Of a stretch of DNA of 43,606 nt, positions 17,770 to 28,075 are shown piece after piece. The translations under genes and the position numbers were made by a program. Within the stretch, counting starts at the first letter, position 1. Each line of letters opens with the position of its first letter. The DNA is from Polyangiales bacterium (lineage in GTDB: Bacteria; Myxococcota_A; Polyangia; Polyangiales; Houyiibacteriaceae): the NCBI GenBank assembly GCA_048550275.1, contig JBLYYU010000248.1, positions 1 through 43,606 on the forward strand. Reading direction: 5' to 3'. The notes under the pieces are model-generated. The model was not told the origin of the DNA. It ran no database searches and was given only the letters and a program-made list of their open reading frames with translations.

Positions 17770-20160
17770 ATGAGTGAACCCCGCTGCATTCCGCTCGAAG
17801 CGATTTCCGACGAATCCGTCGGTGGAAAGGCGGAAGGCTTGGCGCGTCTCCTACGGTACGGGTTCGACGTTCCTGCCGGCTTCGTGATCGTCGGTGCGAG
17901 CCCGGGTCGACTCCCGGACGACCTCGAGAACTTATATTCACGTATCGGTGCGGGCAAAGTTGCTGTTCGCTCATCGGCGCTTGGGGAGGACTCGGGCGAC
18001 GCGTCGTTTGCAGGGCAGTACGAAACGGTTCTGAACGTCGAAGGCGCCGAGGCCTTGAAGGCGGCCGTCGAAGACTGCCTGCAGTCCCTGGAGAACGCGC
18101 GGGCCCTCGCTTATCGCGAAGAGAACGCGGACCAAAGCGACGTACGGATGAACATCGTCGTGCAGCAGATGGTAGATGCTCGCGCGGCCGGGGTGCTTTT
18201 CACAGTCAATCCGGTGACGGCCCGCCGCGATCAGATCGTCGTCGACGCGGTGGAAGGCCTCGGCGAAGCGCTGGTTGGCGGGCACGCAACGCCCGACCAT
18301 TGGCTCTTGGCCAGAGATGGCTCCGTGGTCAAGAACGAGGTGCACGGAAGCGCGCCGATTCTGAGCAACGCGGAGCTGACGCTACTCCTCGAAGGGGCGC
18401 TTCGCGCCGAAGCGCAGTACGGCGCACCCCTCGACATGGAATGGGCCATCGATCAGTCCGGCGAGCTTCGCTGGCTGCAGGCGCGTCCGATCACCAAGCT
18501 GCCGGGTGACCCGAACGAGCTCGACACGACGCCAGATCCTCGGGACGTCTTCACCTGGTGCAATATCGGCGAGATGATGCCGGGCGCGGTCACCCCGCTC
18601 ACCTATTCGGTCACCGGTCGCGGAATCGACATCGGCATGCAGCGTGCCTACCGGAAAATGGGCGCGAACATTCCGCAAGGAGACGGCATCCGATACGTGG
18701 GAATGTACTTCGGGCATCTCTTTCTGAACCTCTCCACGTTGTCGGAGCTCGCATCGGCGGTCGCAGGGTCGACGAAGAGCCAGATGTGCATCGCCCTTTG
18801 CGGAAGAGACATCGCAGAGGTGAGCGAGCCAGAACCCGAGCCAACACTGAGGCGAGCGCTCAACGGCGCCAAGTATTTTTCGATTCTCTTGGGGGCCGCG
18901 AAGCACCGCAAGGCCCTGGACGCGCTCGTTGCCAACCTCGACCTGCCGCGCCTGGGTACGGCACGCCAGCTCTACCGCAGCATCGACGAGAACCTCGAGC
19001 AGGTCTGGCGTGCGTACGAGCTTCACCTGTTCTCTTCTTCTTCGTCGGGCGCGCTCAGCCCGATCCTCCTCGGCGTTCTCGCTCAGGGAAAAGAACCGAC
19101 GCAGGAACACCACGCCGAGGTCGCCGAGATGCTCGCAGGCGCGAAGAACGTCGAGAGCGCGGACATCGCCGAGGGCGTCGAACGAATCGTCGAGCACCTC
19201 GCGAAGCATCCCGACGCTGAAGAGTCCTTTGCAGCCGCCGAACCGGAAGCCGCACTTGCCTGGCTATGCTCGAGTGAATCGGCCGAGGCTGGTGTGGAGT
19301 TCGGAAAGTATCTGGACAGGCACGGCCATCGCGCCGTTCGGGAGCTCGAGCTTCGGCAAAGAGGCTGGGCAGTCGATCCGAAGCCCCTGATTATCTCCCT
19401 TCAGTCCGGGTTCCGAGCGCGGCGGGAACGTGGTGCTGCTTCACGTCCGAGGGCACGGCAACAGGTCGCCGCAGTGGACCATCCGATCATCCGCAGGCTG
19501 CTCCCACTCGCGCATGCGGCGATTCGAACGAGGGAGCACACGAAGTCGAGCCTGGTGGCCGTCACGACGGCATTCAAGCATGCGTACCGGGCGCTCGGCG
19601 CGCGATTGGCCGAGGAGGGCAGGCTTCCGGACCAAGACGCCGTCTTCTTCCTCACGCACCAAGAGCTCGGCGAGCTGCTTCGGGGCCGACGGGAGCTCGC
19701 GAAGCTCGCCGTCTCGCGCCGTGAGCTCATCGACTACCAGATGCCGCTTCACTTTCCGGAAGTGTTCCGCGGTCGACCCGAGCCGCTCGGGCTCGACGCT
19801 GTCGAAGTCGAGGACGGCGCTCTCGTAGGCAAGCCGGTCAGCCGCGGGAAAGTGACCGGACCGGCACGCGTCGTCCAAACGCTGGAAGAGGCCTCTGCGT
19901 TGCAGTCAGGGGAAATCCTCGTTGCGCCCATCACGGACGTTGGTTGGACGCCCTACTTCAGCTTGATCGCGGGTCTTGCCACGGACGTTGGAAGCGCGGT
20001 GTCGCACGGGGCCGTGGTTGCGCGGGAATACGGCCTTCCGGCGGTCGTCAACCTCAGGGTGGCGACCACGCACGTTCAAACCGGAGACTGGGTCACGCTC
20101 GACGGCGACCGCGGAACCCTCACCCTGGTGTCGCCTGAGACGGGCTCTTCGGGCTCTTGA
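17770..20160 (+). CDS. PEP/pyruvate-binding plus PEP-utiliser mobile-domain protein (PpsA-related; same architecture as rifampicin-phosphotransferase-type enzymes)
   Basis: The N-terminus has VGGKAEGLARLLRYGFDVPAGFVI, AVRSSALGEDS and DMEWAI (PPDK_N ATP-grasp). The C-terminus has GEILVAPITDVGWTPYFSLIAGLATDVGSAVSHGAVVAREYGLPAVV (swivelling His domain). There is a roughly 350-aa middle region and no PEP/pyruvate TIM-barrel domain. Confidence 0.75.
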   Translation: MSEPRCIPLEAISDESVGGKAEGLARLLRYGFDVPAGFVIVGASPGRLPDDLENLYSRIGAGKVAVRSSALGEDSGDASFAGQYETVLNVEGAEALKAAVEDCLQSLENARALAYREENADQSDVRMNIVVQQMVDARAAGVLFTVNPVTARRDQIVVDAVEGLGEALVGGHATPDHWLLARDGSVVKNEVHGSAPILSNAELTLLLEGALRAEAQYGAPLDMEWAIDQSGELRWLQARPITKLPGDPNELDTTPDPRDVFTWCNIGEMMPGAVTPLTYSVTGRGIDIGMQRAYRKMGANIPQGDGIRYVGMYFGHLFLNLSTLSELASAVAGSTKSQMCIALCGRDIAEVSEPEPEPTLRRALNGAKYFSILLGAAKHRKALDALVANLDLPRLGTARQLYRSIDENLEQVWRAYELHLFSSSSSGALSPILLGVLAQGKEPTQEHHAEVAEMLAGAKNVESADIAEGVERIVEHLAKHPDAEESFAAAEPEAALAWLCSSESAEAGVEFGKYLDRHGHRAVRELELRQRGWAVDPKPLIISLQSGFRARRERGAASRPRARQQVAAVDHPIIRRLLPLAHAAIRTREHTKSSLVAVTTAFKHAYRALGARLAEEGRLPDQDAVFFLTHQELGELLRGRRELAKLAVSRRELIDYQMPLHFPEVFRGRPEPLGLDAVEVEDGALVGKPVSRGKVTGPARVVQTLEEASALQSGEILVAPITDVGWTPYFSLIAGLATDVGSAVSHGAVVAREYGLPAVVNLRVATTHVQTGDWVTLDGDRGTLTLVSPETGSSGS

Positions 20161-20204
20161 CTTCCAGGGGCAATATGCGATCCGCAAGCCCCTAAGGAGC
20201 TATC

Positions 20205-21359
20205 ATGGTCGCCACGATCGGACTCACCGGCCTCCGCCCGGACCCGTCCCGCGTGTCCCAAATCGCGTCTCCACCGTACGACGTGATCAAGCCAGGCACG
20301 CCACTCGAGAAACTGCTCGAAAAAGAGCGGAGCTCGCTGTTTCACATCATTCTCGGTGACCAACCTGCCGAAGCGACGGATCGACTCGTGGCGGAAGGTG
20401 GGCTCATCGAAGACCCGGAACCCGCGTACTACGTCTACGAGCAGACATGGCCCGAGGGACGGCGAACCGGGGTGTTCGTCGCCGCGGAGGTGTCGCCCTA
20501 CGACGCCAAGCAGATCATTCGTCACGAGAAAACTTTCGACGCCAAGGTCAAGGGGCGCATAGCAATGAGAAGCGCGACGGGGCTGCACATCGGGCCCGTG
20601 TTCGTCCTGACGCGCGCTCCAATCGCATCGGCCCTCGAGGCGGCGAAGCACGACGACGACCCGATCTACGACTTCACGAGCTCCTTCGGAGGATTCAGCG
20701 AGCTCGAAGGCATCCGCAACAAGGTTTGGCGCGTCCCTGAGGCAAGCGAGACCGGGCGCGCCCTTCAGGCCGCCCTCGACACCGAACCGCTGTACATCGC
20801 CGACGGCCATCACCGGTACCACGCCAGCCTCCTGAACGAGCAGACGCACTTCCTTTGCTACGTCACCGAGGAAGCCGTCATTCAGGCCTATAACCGGGTG
20901 ATCAACGGCGTCCGCCCGTTCTCCGAGATCGCCGACGACCTGCCCTTGCGCCCGGTGGACTCGTTTCGGACACCCAGCAAGAACAGCTTCTGCATCTACA
21001 CCAAGGACGGCTGCTACGAGCTCGACGCAGAACATGTGCCCGAAGACGTGGTCGGGCGCCTGGACTGCGCGATTCTCGAGCGAGAGCTGTACCCGAAGCT
21101 AGGGCTCACGCACGACATGATCATCGACCCCAAGCACTTCGACTACTACTCGGAGTCTGCGCTCGACGAGATGAAGGCCGCCGTCGACCGGGGCGACTAC
21201 GACATGGCGGTCGCACTCCATCCGGTGAGCCTCGACGAGCTCATGGCCGTGGCTGATGCTGGCCTCGAGGACCCAGAGGTCGTGATGCCCGAGAAGAGCA
21301 CATTCTTCCAACCGAAGATCCTATCCGGCCTGTCTCTGTACAGGTTCTCGAAGAAATGA
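20205..21359 (+). CDS. DUF1015-family protein
   Basis: GLRPDPSRVSQIASPPYDVIKPG and IADGHHRYHAS match the DUF1015 N-terminal and central motifs as I remember them. AGGAG lies 8 nt upstream of the ATG. Confidence 0.65.
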   Translation: MVATIGLTGLRPDPSRVSQIASPPYDVIKPGTPLEKLLEKERSSLFHIILGDQPAEATDRLVAEGGLIEDPEPAYYVYEQTWPEGRRTGVFVAAEVSPYDAKQIIRHEKTFDAKVKGRIAMRSATGLHIGPVFVLTRAPIASALEAAKHDDDPIYDFTSSFGGFSELEGIRNKVWRVPEASETGRALQAALDTEPLYIADGHHRYHASLLNEQTHFLCYVTEEAVIQAYNRVINGVRPFSEIADDLPLRPVDSFRTPSKNSFCIYTKDGCYELDAEHVPEDVVGRLDCAILERELYPKLGLTHDMIIDPKHFDYYSESALDEMKAAVDRGDYDMAVALHPVSLDELMAVADAGLEDPEVVMPEKSTFFQPKILSGLSLYRFSKK

Positions 21360-22342
21360 GCGCCCTCCCGCAGTACGGGAAACACCTCGATCCGAACGCG
21401 ACCATGCGCGCTGTCGTCATCGAACGGTACGGCGGGCCCGAAGTCCTTCAAGAGCTGCGCATGCCGCGACCCGTGCCGACGCGCGGACAAGTCTTAGTTC
21501 GTACGCGCTTCATCGGTGTGAATCCGAAGGATGTGATCGTTCGAAAAGGGAAGTTCCAAGTCCTCACGGGAAAGAAATTCCCGATCATCGTCGGGCACGA
21601 CATCGCGGGAGAGGTGGTGGAAGCTGGGGTTGGCGCAGACCTGGCGAAGGGCGATCTCGTATTCGGAATGATCAACGACTTCGCGGGCCGAGCATATGCG
21701 GAATACGCCGCGGTCGGCTGCCAAGAGCTCGCCAAGGCGCCGGCCTCGGTCGATTTGCGGGCTGCGGCTGCGGTGCCTCTGGCAGCGCAGACCGCGTTGC
21801 AGGCTCTTCGGGACGACGCACACCTGCAGGCTGGACAGAAAGTGCTAGTCAACGGCGCCTCAGGCGGCGTCGGCGTGTTTGCGGTGCAGATCGCGAAGAT
21901 CCTCGGGGCGGACGTTACGGCGGTCTGCAGCCAGCGAAACGCCGAACTGGTCACTGAGCTGGGTGCGGACCGAGTGATCGACTACACGCAAACCGAGTTG
22001 GTCGAAATCGATGAGCAGTTCGATGCGTTCTTCGATGTCTTTGGCAACTACAACTTCGACAAGATCAAGCACTTGCTCGAACCGCGCGGCACTTACGTGC
22101 ACACCATCCCCAATGCGAAGATCTTCATGGAGGTCGCGCGCACCTTCGTTCGGCGAAAACGAGCCAAGATCGTCATCGTCAAGTCCAAACGGGCGCAGCT
22201 GGACTGGCTCCGACAACAGATCGACGCCGGCCGCCTCCGCAGCGTCGTGGACCGATCCTATTCGTTGTCCGACGCAGCCGAAGCTCACAGGTACATGGAA
22301 ACCAAGCGAGCCCGGGGCAAAGTGGTGCTCGAAGTCGACTAG
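21356..22342 (+). CDS. Medium-chain dehydrogenase/reductase, NADPH:quinone oxidoreductase-like
   Basis: [48 protein letters not shown] (Rossmann) and GKVVLEV at the C-terminus. The ATG at 21356 overlaps the upstream stop (ATGA). An alternative ATG at 21404 (MRAVVI) is equally plausible. Confidence 0.8.
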   Translation: MSALPQYGKHLDPNATMRAVVIERYGGPEVLQELRMPRPVPTRGQVLVRTRFIGVNPKDVIVRKGKFQVLTGKKFPIIVGHDIAGEVVEAGVGADLAKGDLVFGMINDFAGRAYAEYAAVGCQELAKAPASVDLRAAAAVPLAAQTALQALRDDAHLQAGQKVLVNGASGGVGVFAVQIAKILGADVTAVCSQRNAELVTELGADRVIDYTQTELVEIDEQFDAFFDVFGNYNFDKIKHLLEPRGTYVHTIPNAKIFMEVARTFVRRKRAKIVIVKSKRAQLDWLRQQIDAGRLRSVVDRSYSLSDAAEAHRYMETKRARGKVVLEVD

Positions 22343-22398
22343 GACGGCGCCGAAGAGGTGTGCGAAACCGCGGGCTGTGCGATTATGCCGCCAGAACC

Positions 22399-23616
22399 AT
22401 GGATTTCACCTACAGCGACAAGACCCAAGCCCTGATCTCGCGCGTCCAAGACTTCATGGACGCCCACATCTATCCAAACGAAGCGGCGGTGCGCGTTCAA
22501 CACGACCTCCTCCCGGACCGTTGGGACACGCCGCCTCTAATCGAAGAGCTCAAGAAGAAGGCGCAGGACGCAGGGCTATGGAACCTATTCTTGCCAGAGA
22601 GTGAGCGCGGCGCCGGGCTGACCAACCTCGAATACGCGCCACTATGCGAGATCATGGGACGAGTCGCGTTCGCACCCGAAGTGTTCAACTGCGCGGCGCC
22701 GGATACCGGCAACATGGAGGTCCTGGACCGTTACGGGACCGACGCTCAGAAGAAAGAGTGGCTCGAGCCCCTGCTCGCCGGGCGCATTCGCTCGGCCTTC
22801 GCGATGACCGAACCAGAGGTCGCTTCGTCCGATGCCACCAACATCTGCACCGAAATACGGCGCGACGGCGACGAGTACGTAGTCAACGGACGCAAATGGT
22901 GGACCTCGGGCATCATGGACAAGCGCTGCGAGATCATGATCGTGATGGGCAAGAGCGACCCGAGCGCTTCGGCGCACTTGCAGCAGAGCATGATTCTCGT
23001 TCCGCGCGACGCGAAGGGCGTGACGGTCGAGCGCTATCTGCCCGTTTACGGTTTCGACGACGCGCCTCATGGGCACGGCGAGGTCACGTTTGAAAACGTC
23101 CGCGTCCCGGCGAGCAATATGCTGCTCGGCGAGGGCCGTGGTTTCGAGATCGCCCAGGGCAGGCTTGGCCCGGGACGAATTCACCATTGCATGCGTTTGA
23201 TCGGGGTCGCCGAGCGAGCTCTCGAGAAGATGTGTGCGCGATTGATGAGCCGGACGGCCTTCGGCAAGAAGGTTTACGAGCACTCGGTTTGGGAAGAGCG
23301 AGTTGCGGATGCGCGAATCGATATCGAGTGCGCCCGTCTTCTGACGCTCAAAGCGGCCGACATGATGGACAAGGTCGGCAACAAGGCGGCACGCGCCGAG
23401 ATCGCCATGATCAAGGTCAAGGCACCGATCACGGCGCTCAAGGTGTTGGACGATGCCGTGCAAGCCCACGGCGGCGCCGGTGTCACCACGGACTTTGGCT
23501 TGGCGGAGACCTGGGCCCAGAGTCGAACCTTGCGCCTCGCAGACGGCCCGGACGAAGTGCACCGGCGAACCGTGGCCCGAATCGAATTCAAGAAGCACGG
23601 GGCCCGAGCGCGCTGA
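22399..23616 (+). CDS. Acyl-CoA dehydrogenase family protein
   Basis: [21 protein letters not shown], the [21 protein letters not shown] helical domain and QAHGGAGV. I prefer the ATG at 22399 (MDFTYSDKT). Confidence 0.85.
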   Translation: MDFTYSDKTQALISRVQDFMDAHIYPNEAAVRVQHDLLPDRWDTPPLIEELKKKAQDAGLWNLFLPESERGAGLTNLEYAPLCEIMGRVAFAPEVFNCAAPDTGNMEVLDRYGTDAQKKEWLEPLLAGRIRSAFAMTEPEVASSDATNICTEIRRDGDEYVVNGRKWWTSGIMDKRCEIMIVMGKSDPSASAHLQQSMILVPRDAKGVTVERYLPVYGFDDAPHGHGEVTFENVRVPASNMLLGEGRGFEIAQGRLGPGRIHHCMRLIGVAERALEKMCARLMSRTAFGKKVYEHSVWEERVADARIDIECARLLTLKAADMMDKVGNKAARAEIAMIKVKAPITALKVLDDAVQAHGGAGVTTDFGLAETWAQSRTLRLADGPDEVHRRTVARIEFKKHGARAR

Positions 23617-23641
23617 CCGAAATCGGCTATCATCGGCGACC

Positions 23642-25723
23642 ATGACAGTTCGTTCGCTTTTCCTAGTCGCCGTCGCCATCATCATCGCCTGCAGCAGCGA
23701 TGAAGGCGTGGATCTCGAGCAACGCGTGGACGAGCTCGTCGCGCAGATGACACTCGAAGAAAAAGCCGCTCAGATGGCCGGTGACAGCGGCATCTTCTTG
23801 CCCGACGGGGGCACGCTTTGGGGCGTTCCGGGGGTCGAACGACTCGGCGTCCCGCGCTTCACGATGTCGGACGGCCCAAGGGGGCTCGGCTCGGTCCAGG
23901 GCGCAACCACCTTTCCGGTTGGCATGGCGCGCAGCGCGACTTGGGAACCCGAGCTCGAGAGACGCGTCGGTGCGGCGATGGGTCGCGAGCTCAGAGCGGC
24001 CGGCGGTAACATCTTGCTCGCGCCGACGATCAACAACTTGCGCCATCCGAGCTGGGGCCGCTCGCAGGAAACCTACGGAGAAGACGTGCACCTCTTGTCG
24101 CGCATGGCGGTTGCGTTCGTCGACGGCGTCCAAGAGTACGCGCTTGCCAACCCTAAGCACTACGCGGCCAACAGCATCGAAGACACACGGTTCGAAGTCG
24201 ACGTCACGATCGACGAAAGAACCCTTCGCGAGATCTACCTGAAGCACTTTCGAGCTGCGGTGCTCGAAGGCGGAGCGGCCTCGGTAATGAGCGCGTACAA
24301 CTCGGTCAACGGGCAGTTTTGCGGCGAAAACGAGCACTTGATTCGCGACATCCTCAAAGGCGAGTGGGGCTTCGACGGCTTCGTCCTCTCCGATTGGATT
24401 TTCGGAACGCAGTCGACCCTGGGCTCGGCGCTCAACGGGCTCGATATCGAGATGCCGATCGCGATGGTCTACGGAGAGCCTCTGCTCACAGCCGTGCAGG
24501 ACGGAGATGTCCCCGAGTCGGTCATCGATGATGCAGTTCGACGGATGGTTCGAAAGAAGCTCCAGTACCGGCTCGACCAGCCGAGCGGACTCCCCGAGGA
24601 TGTGATCGGAAGCAACGAGCACTTGGCGCTGGCGCGCGAAGCGGCGGTAGAAGGCTCCGTACTCCTGAAGAACGCATCCGGCACGCTTCCCCTGGACAGG
24701 GCCGCGCTGACTCGAATTGCCGTAGTTGGCCTGCTCGCCGACACGCCGAACACGGGGGACAACGGAAGCAGCAGCACGCGGCCGGACTTCGTCGTGACAG
24801 CCTTGCAGGGTATCGAGGAGGCCGCGGGCTTGGCAGCCGAGGTGGACCATATCGGCAAAGACGTTCTCGATGCCGAGGATATCGCGACGATCGAAGCCGC
24901 GGACGCCGTAGTCGTCGTCACCGGCCTGACCTTCGAAGACGAAGGCGAAGGCCTGATCGGCGCCGGCGATCGCGACGAACTAGGCCTCTCGGCCGAGCGC
25001 GAAGCTCTCATCAAAGACGCCGCCGCCGCGAACCCTAAGACGGTCGTCGTCCTCGAGGGAGGCGGCGCGATTACCATGGGCAACTGGCTCCCCGACATCG
25101 AAGCCCTGCTGATGGTCTGGTACCCAGGGCAAATGGGCGGCTACTCGATCGCTGACCTCTTGTTCGGCGAGGCCAATCCTTCAGGCAAGCTGCCGATCAG
25201 CTTCCCCACCGGCCTCGATCAGTTGCCCCCGTTCGACAACGAATCGCTCGACGTGACGTACGAGTACTTCCACGGCTATCGCTACCTCGATCGCAACGAC
25301 TCGACCCCCGAGTTCCCGTTCGGCTTTGGCCTGAGCTACACCACGTTCTCGATCGACAACTTGCAGGCCAGCCAAACCCAGGCTGAATCCGGCGATGTCG
25401 TTCGCTTCAGCCTCGATGTCACAAACACTGGTTCGGTAGCCGGCGCAGAAGTCGTGCAGCTCTACGCGACCTATCCAGGGTCGGTGGTCGAGCGCGCCGA
25501 GCGCGAGCTCAAAGGGTTCACCAAGGTCTTCGTGCAGCCCGGCGCCACGGTTAGAGCGGAGATCGAGCTCCCAGTAAACGACCTCGCCTACTACGACGTC
25601 GCCGCGTCCGACTGGGTGCTCGAGGGGCTCGTTCACGAGATCCACGTGGGCACCTCCTCGCGCGATTTGCCGCTCTCCACGACGCTCAGCGTGGCGCCGC
25701 AAGCGCCGGTTTCGGTGTACTGA
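23642..25723 (+). CDS. Glycoside hydrolase family 3 beta-glucosidase-like lipoprotein
   Basis: The ATG at 23642 gives MTVRSLFLVAVAIIIAC (lipobox). GH3 blocks are present: MSDGPRG, NPKHYAANS, GFVLSDW (nucleophile Asp context), VVVTGL...EGEG.DR and FGFGLSYTTF. Confidence 0.85.
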   Translation: MTVRSLFLVAVAIIIACSSDEGVDLEQRVDELVAQMTLEEKAAQMAGDSGIFLPDGGTLWGVPGVERLGVPRFTMSDGPRGLGSVQGATTFPVGMARSATWEPELERRVGAAMGRELRAAGGNILLAPTINNLRHPSWGRSQETYGEDVHLLSRMAVAFVDGVQEYALANPKHYAANSIEDTRFEVDVTIDERTLREIYLKHFRAAVLEGGAASVMSAYNSVNGQFCGENEHLIRDILKGEWGFDGFVLSDWIFGTQSTLGSALNGLDIEMPIAMVYGEPLLTAVQDGDVPESVIDDAVRRMVRKKLQYRLDQPSGLPEDVIGSNEHLALAREAAVEGSVLLKNASGTLPLDRAALTRIAVVGLLADTPNTGDNGSSSTRPDFVVTALQGIEEAAGLAAEVDHIGKDVLDAEDIATIEAADAVVVVTGLTFEDEGEGLIGAGDRDELGLSAEREALIKDAAAANPKTVVVLEGGGAITMGNWLPDIEALLMVWYPGQMGGYSIADLLFGEANPSGKLPISFPTGLDQLPPFDNESLDVTYEYFHGYRYLDRNDSTPEFPFGFGLSYTTFSIDNLQASQTQAESGDVVRFSLDVTNTGSVAGAEVVQLYATYPGSVVERAERELKGFTKVFVQPGATVRAEIELPVNDLAYYDVAASDWVLEGLVHEIHVGTSSRDLPLSTTLSVAPQAPVSVY

Positions 25724-25771
25724 ATACGTCTTTCGGGCTAACGTCTCTTCTGTTCGAATGAGGAGATACCG

Positions 25772-26563
25772 ATGCGTAAGCTGACAGGCGTGCTCGCCGC
25801 GATTGCAACGTTGCTGACTCTCAACGTGAGCAGCGCAGTCGCGGATGACGTATTCAGGAGCGTGGACTACCCAACAGCGGGCGGCATCCAAGGCCGAGCC
25901 GACGTGTACGCGTCCCCGAACAAATCGGCTGCGCTCATCCTTCTCTTTCATCAGGCGGGTTGGAGCCGGGGCGAGTATCGGGAGATCGCACCGAAGCTCG
26001 TCAAGGCCGGCTACCGGGTCATGGCCGTGGATCAGCGCTCCGGAGGCAGGGTCGGCGGTGTCCCAAACGAAACTCACCGACGGGCGACGAAAATGGGGCT
26101 CCCACGAGACTACCTCGATGCATACGCCGACATGAAGGCGGCGCTTCGCTACGCGCGGAAAGAGCTCAAGGCGGAGCGCGTCATCGTTTGGGGAAGCTCG
26201 TACTCCGCTTCCCTGGTCTTCAGGCTCGCCGCAGAACACGACGACGAAGTCATGGCTGTCATGGCGTTCGCCCCTGGAGAGTACTTCGCGAAGCAAAAGG
26301 GCCCGATCTACATCTGGGACTTCGCAAAGCGCGTGAAACAGCCGCTCTTCGTGACTTCATCCAAGAAAGAGCGGGAACAGGTTCGGCCGATCTACGACGC
26401 CTCGCCCGCCAAGAAGAAGATACTCTTCACGCCCGCGTCGAAGGGGCAACATGGGTCACGCGCGCTCTGGTCGCGGTGGCCGGACAACGACGTCTACTGG
26501 GCCGCGGTGAACGGCTTTCTTTCACGCTACGCTCCCGCAGCACCTCCTCCCCCGGCGAACTGA
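25772..26563 (+). CDS. Secreted alpha/beta hydrolase (dienelactone hydrolase/esterase-like)
   Basis: Signal peptide MRKLTGVLAAIATLLTLNVSSAVA. Nucleophile-elbow-like VIVWGSSYSASL. GAGGAG SD 6 nt upstream of the ATG. Confidence 0.6.
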   Translation: MRKLTGVLAAIATLLTLNVSSAVADDVFRSVDYPTAGGIQGRADVYASPNKSAALILLFHQAGWSRGEYREIAPKLVKAGYRVMAVDQRSGGRVGGVPNETHRRATKMGLPRDYLDAYADMKAALRYARKELKAERVIVWGSSYSASLVFRLAAEHDDEVMAVMAFAPGEYFAKQKGPIYIWDFAKRVKQPLFVTSSKKEREQVRPIYDASPAKKKILFTPASKGQHGSRALWSRWPDNDVYWAAVNGFLSRYAPAAPPPPAN

Positions 26564-26604
26564 GCCCGCTGGATTCAATACGGAGCTGGGCTAGACCAGA
26601 CACC

Positions 26605-28032
26605 GTGACTGCGACCACCGGACAACTTCTCTTGGACCTCGATCGAGCGCGCCTTGCGGGCCGAGCGCTCGGAACCGACATCGACATCTCGACTCGGATC
26701 GAGCCGTACGAGGCCTATCGCTGGCACGAGGGCGACACGCCCCACCCGACGCTGCAGCTAGACGACGTTTCGGCGATTCCGTTCCTCGTCGATATCGCCG
26801 GCGTCGAGGAGTACCAGCACCGTGGACGACTCCGGGCAGGTGATCACGATGTGTACGTGACGGTTACTCCGGCCGTCGGCGGATACGAAGCCTATTGCCA
26901 CGATACACTTCACATGGGGGCGCCGGAGCATCTCGTGGCGGACCCGGTCGGTCCACCCATCGCCGTGGCTCGCGCCTGCACCAAGGGGTACACGCACACG
27001 CACCTCGTCGACACCGCGAAGGCGGCAGGCGGCCTCACGATACACCCATACATGGGCATCGAGGACGTTTGGGAGCTCGCGGCGATGCTGAGCGTCGACA
27101 GCCGCTGCCCGATTCGCGTTTTGGCGCCGCCGCCGCCGGTCACCTGGATCGCAAACGACAAGTCGCTCTTCGACGAGCTCGTCGCGCGCGTCCTCGGAAG
27201 GGAGGCGCTCGTCGACACCCGAATCGCGCGTGACGCGGTCGGCATCGAGAGCAATTTGCGCGCATTGTCCAAGCTGCACCAGCGAGTCGGGCTCAAGCGA
27301 ACACGCTGCGCTTCCGCGATGGGCAACGCGGTCTTCGCGTCGCGCGATGTACAGTCGGAACGCGACGCGAAACGAGCAGTAGAAAACTTTCTGGACCGAA
27401 CCGAATGGCCCGAGGGCGAGGACGTGCTGGCGGTGGCCTGGCTCGATACCGACCTTTCGCCGTCGACGCAGCTTTGGATTCCACCTCTCGGCCTCGGCGA
27501 CCCGCGTCTCGACGGCATCTACGAGCAGATCCTCAAAGGCGAGGAGAAGGTTTTCGTCGGGAGCAGGCCCTCGACGCTGCCTGAAGCCGTGAATCAGGAG
27601 CTCGGCAAGTCCGCGCTCATGGTCGGCGCCGCGCTTCAGGAGCTCGGGTACGTGGGGCGTTGCTCGTTCGACCACCTGGTCACAGGCGATCCGAGTGGAG
27701 ACTTCCGCATCGTGTTCACCGAGTGCAACGGCCGATGGGGGGGCACCAGCACACCGATGAGCCTCCTCGACCGTCTCCTGCGCGGACCCCGCCCCGCGTA
27801 CCGCGCGCAGGACGTCGTCTACCCCAGCCTGGTGGGCGCCAGCCTTCCCGACTTGCTCGAGTTGCTCGGTGACCTGACGTTTCGCACGGAGACCGGGCAG
27901 GGCCGGTTCATCCTCTACAACGTCGGCCCCCTCGACGGACACGGTAAATTCGACGTGATCTCGATCGGCGTCGACCAGGAGGACGCCGAGCACGGTGCGC
28001 TCGAGGTCCTTCCCGAGCGTCTCGGTCTATGA
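26605..28032 (+). CDS. ATP-grasp-like ligase (pre-ATP-grasp plus ATP-grasp; PGM1-related type is my best guess)
   Basis: GTG at 26605 is the only start codon between the upstream stop (26563) and the conserved region. The C-terminal GRCSFDHLV...FRIVFTECNGRWGGTS resembles the Mg/ATP-binding E-x-N strand of ATP-grasp enzymes. The assignment is from memory of motif shape only. Confidence 0.45.
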   Translation: MTATTGQLLLDLDRARLAGRALGTDIDISTRIEPYEAYRWHEGDTPHPTLQLDDVSAIPFLVDIAGVEEYQHRGRLRAGDHDVYVTVTPAVGGYEAYCHDTLHMGAPEHLVADPVGPPIAVARACTKGYTHTHLVDTAKAAGGLTIHPYMGIEDVWELAAMLSVDSRCPIRVLAPPPPVTWIANDKSLFDELVARVLGREALVDTRIARDAVGIESNLRALSKLHQRVGLKRTRCASAMGNAVFASRDVQSERDAKRAVENFLDRTEWPEGEDVLAVAWLDTDLSPSTQLWIPPLGLGDPRLDGIYEQILKGEEKVFVGSRPSTLPEAVNQELGKSALMVGAALQELGYVGRCSFDHLVTGDPSGDFRIVFTECNGRWGGTSTPMSLLDRLLRGPRPAYRAQDVVYPSLVGASLPDLLELLGDLTFRTETGQGRFILYNVGPLDGHGKFDVISIGVDQEDAEHGALEVLPERLGL

Positions 28033-28075
28033 GACCGGCTTGCCGAAGCAACACCTGTCTGACTATGGTCGGCCC

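Noticed and set aside
25960-26604. N-terminal 215-aa extension of the 690-aa ORF that contains the ATP-grasp-like gene.
   Set aside because: It overlaps the signal-peptide hydrolase gene (25772-26563) in another frame and is Arg/Gly-rich. The first start codon after the hydrolase stop is GTG at 26605.
22642-27993. Minus-strand ORFs of 347-411 aa (22642-23685, 23663-24850, 25181-26296, 26758-27993).
   Set aside because: Each lies opposite a plus-strand gene with clear family motifs (ACAD, GH3, hydrolase, ATP-grasp-like). Their products are Arg/Asp/Val-rich with no signatures. They are GC-driven shadow frames.
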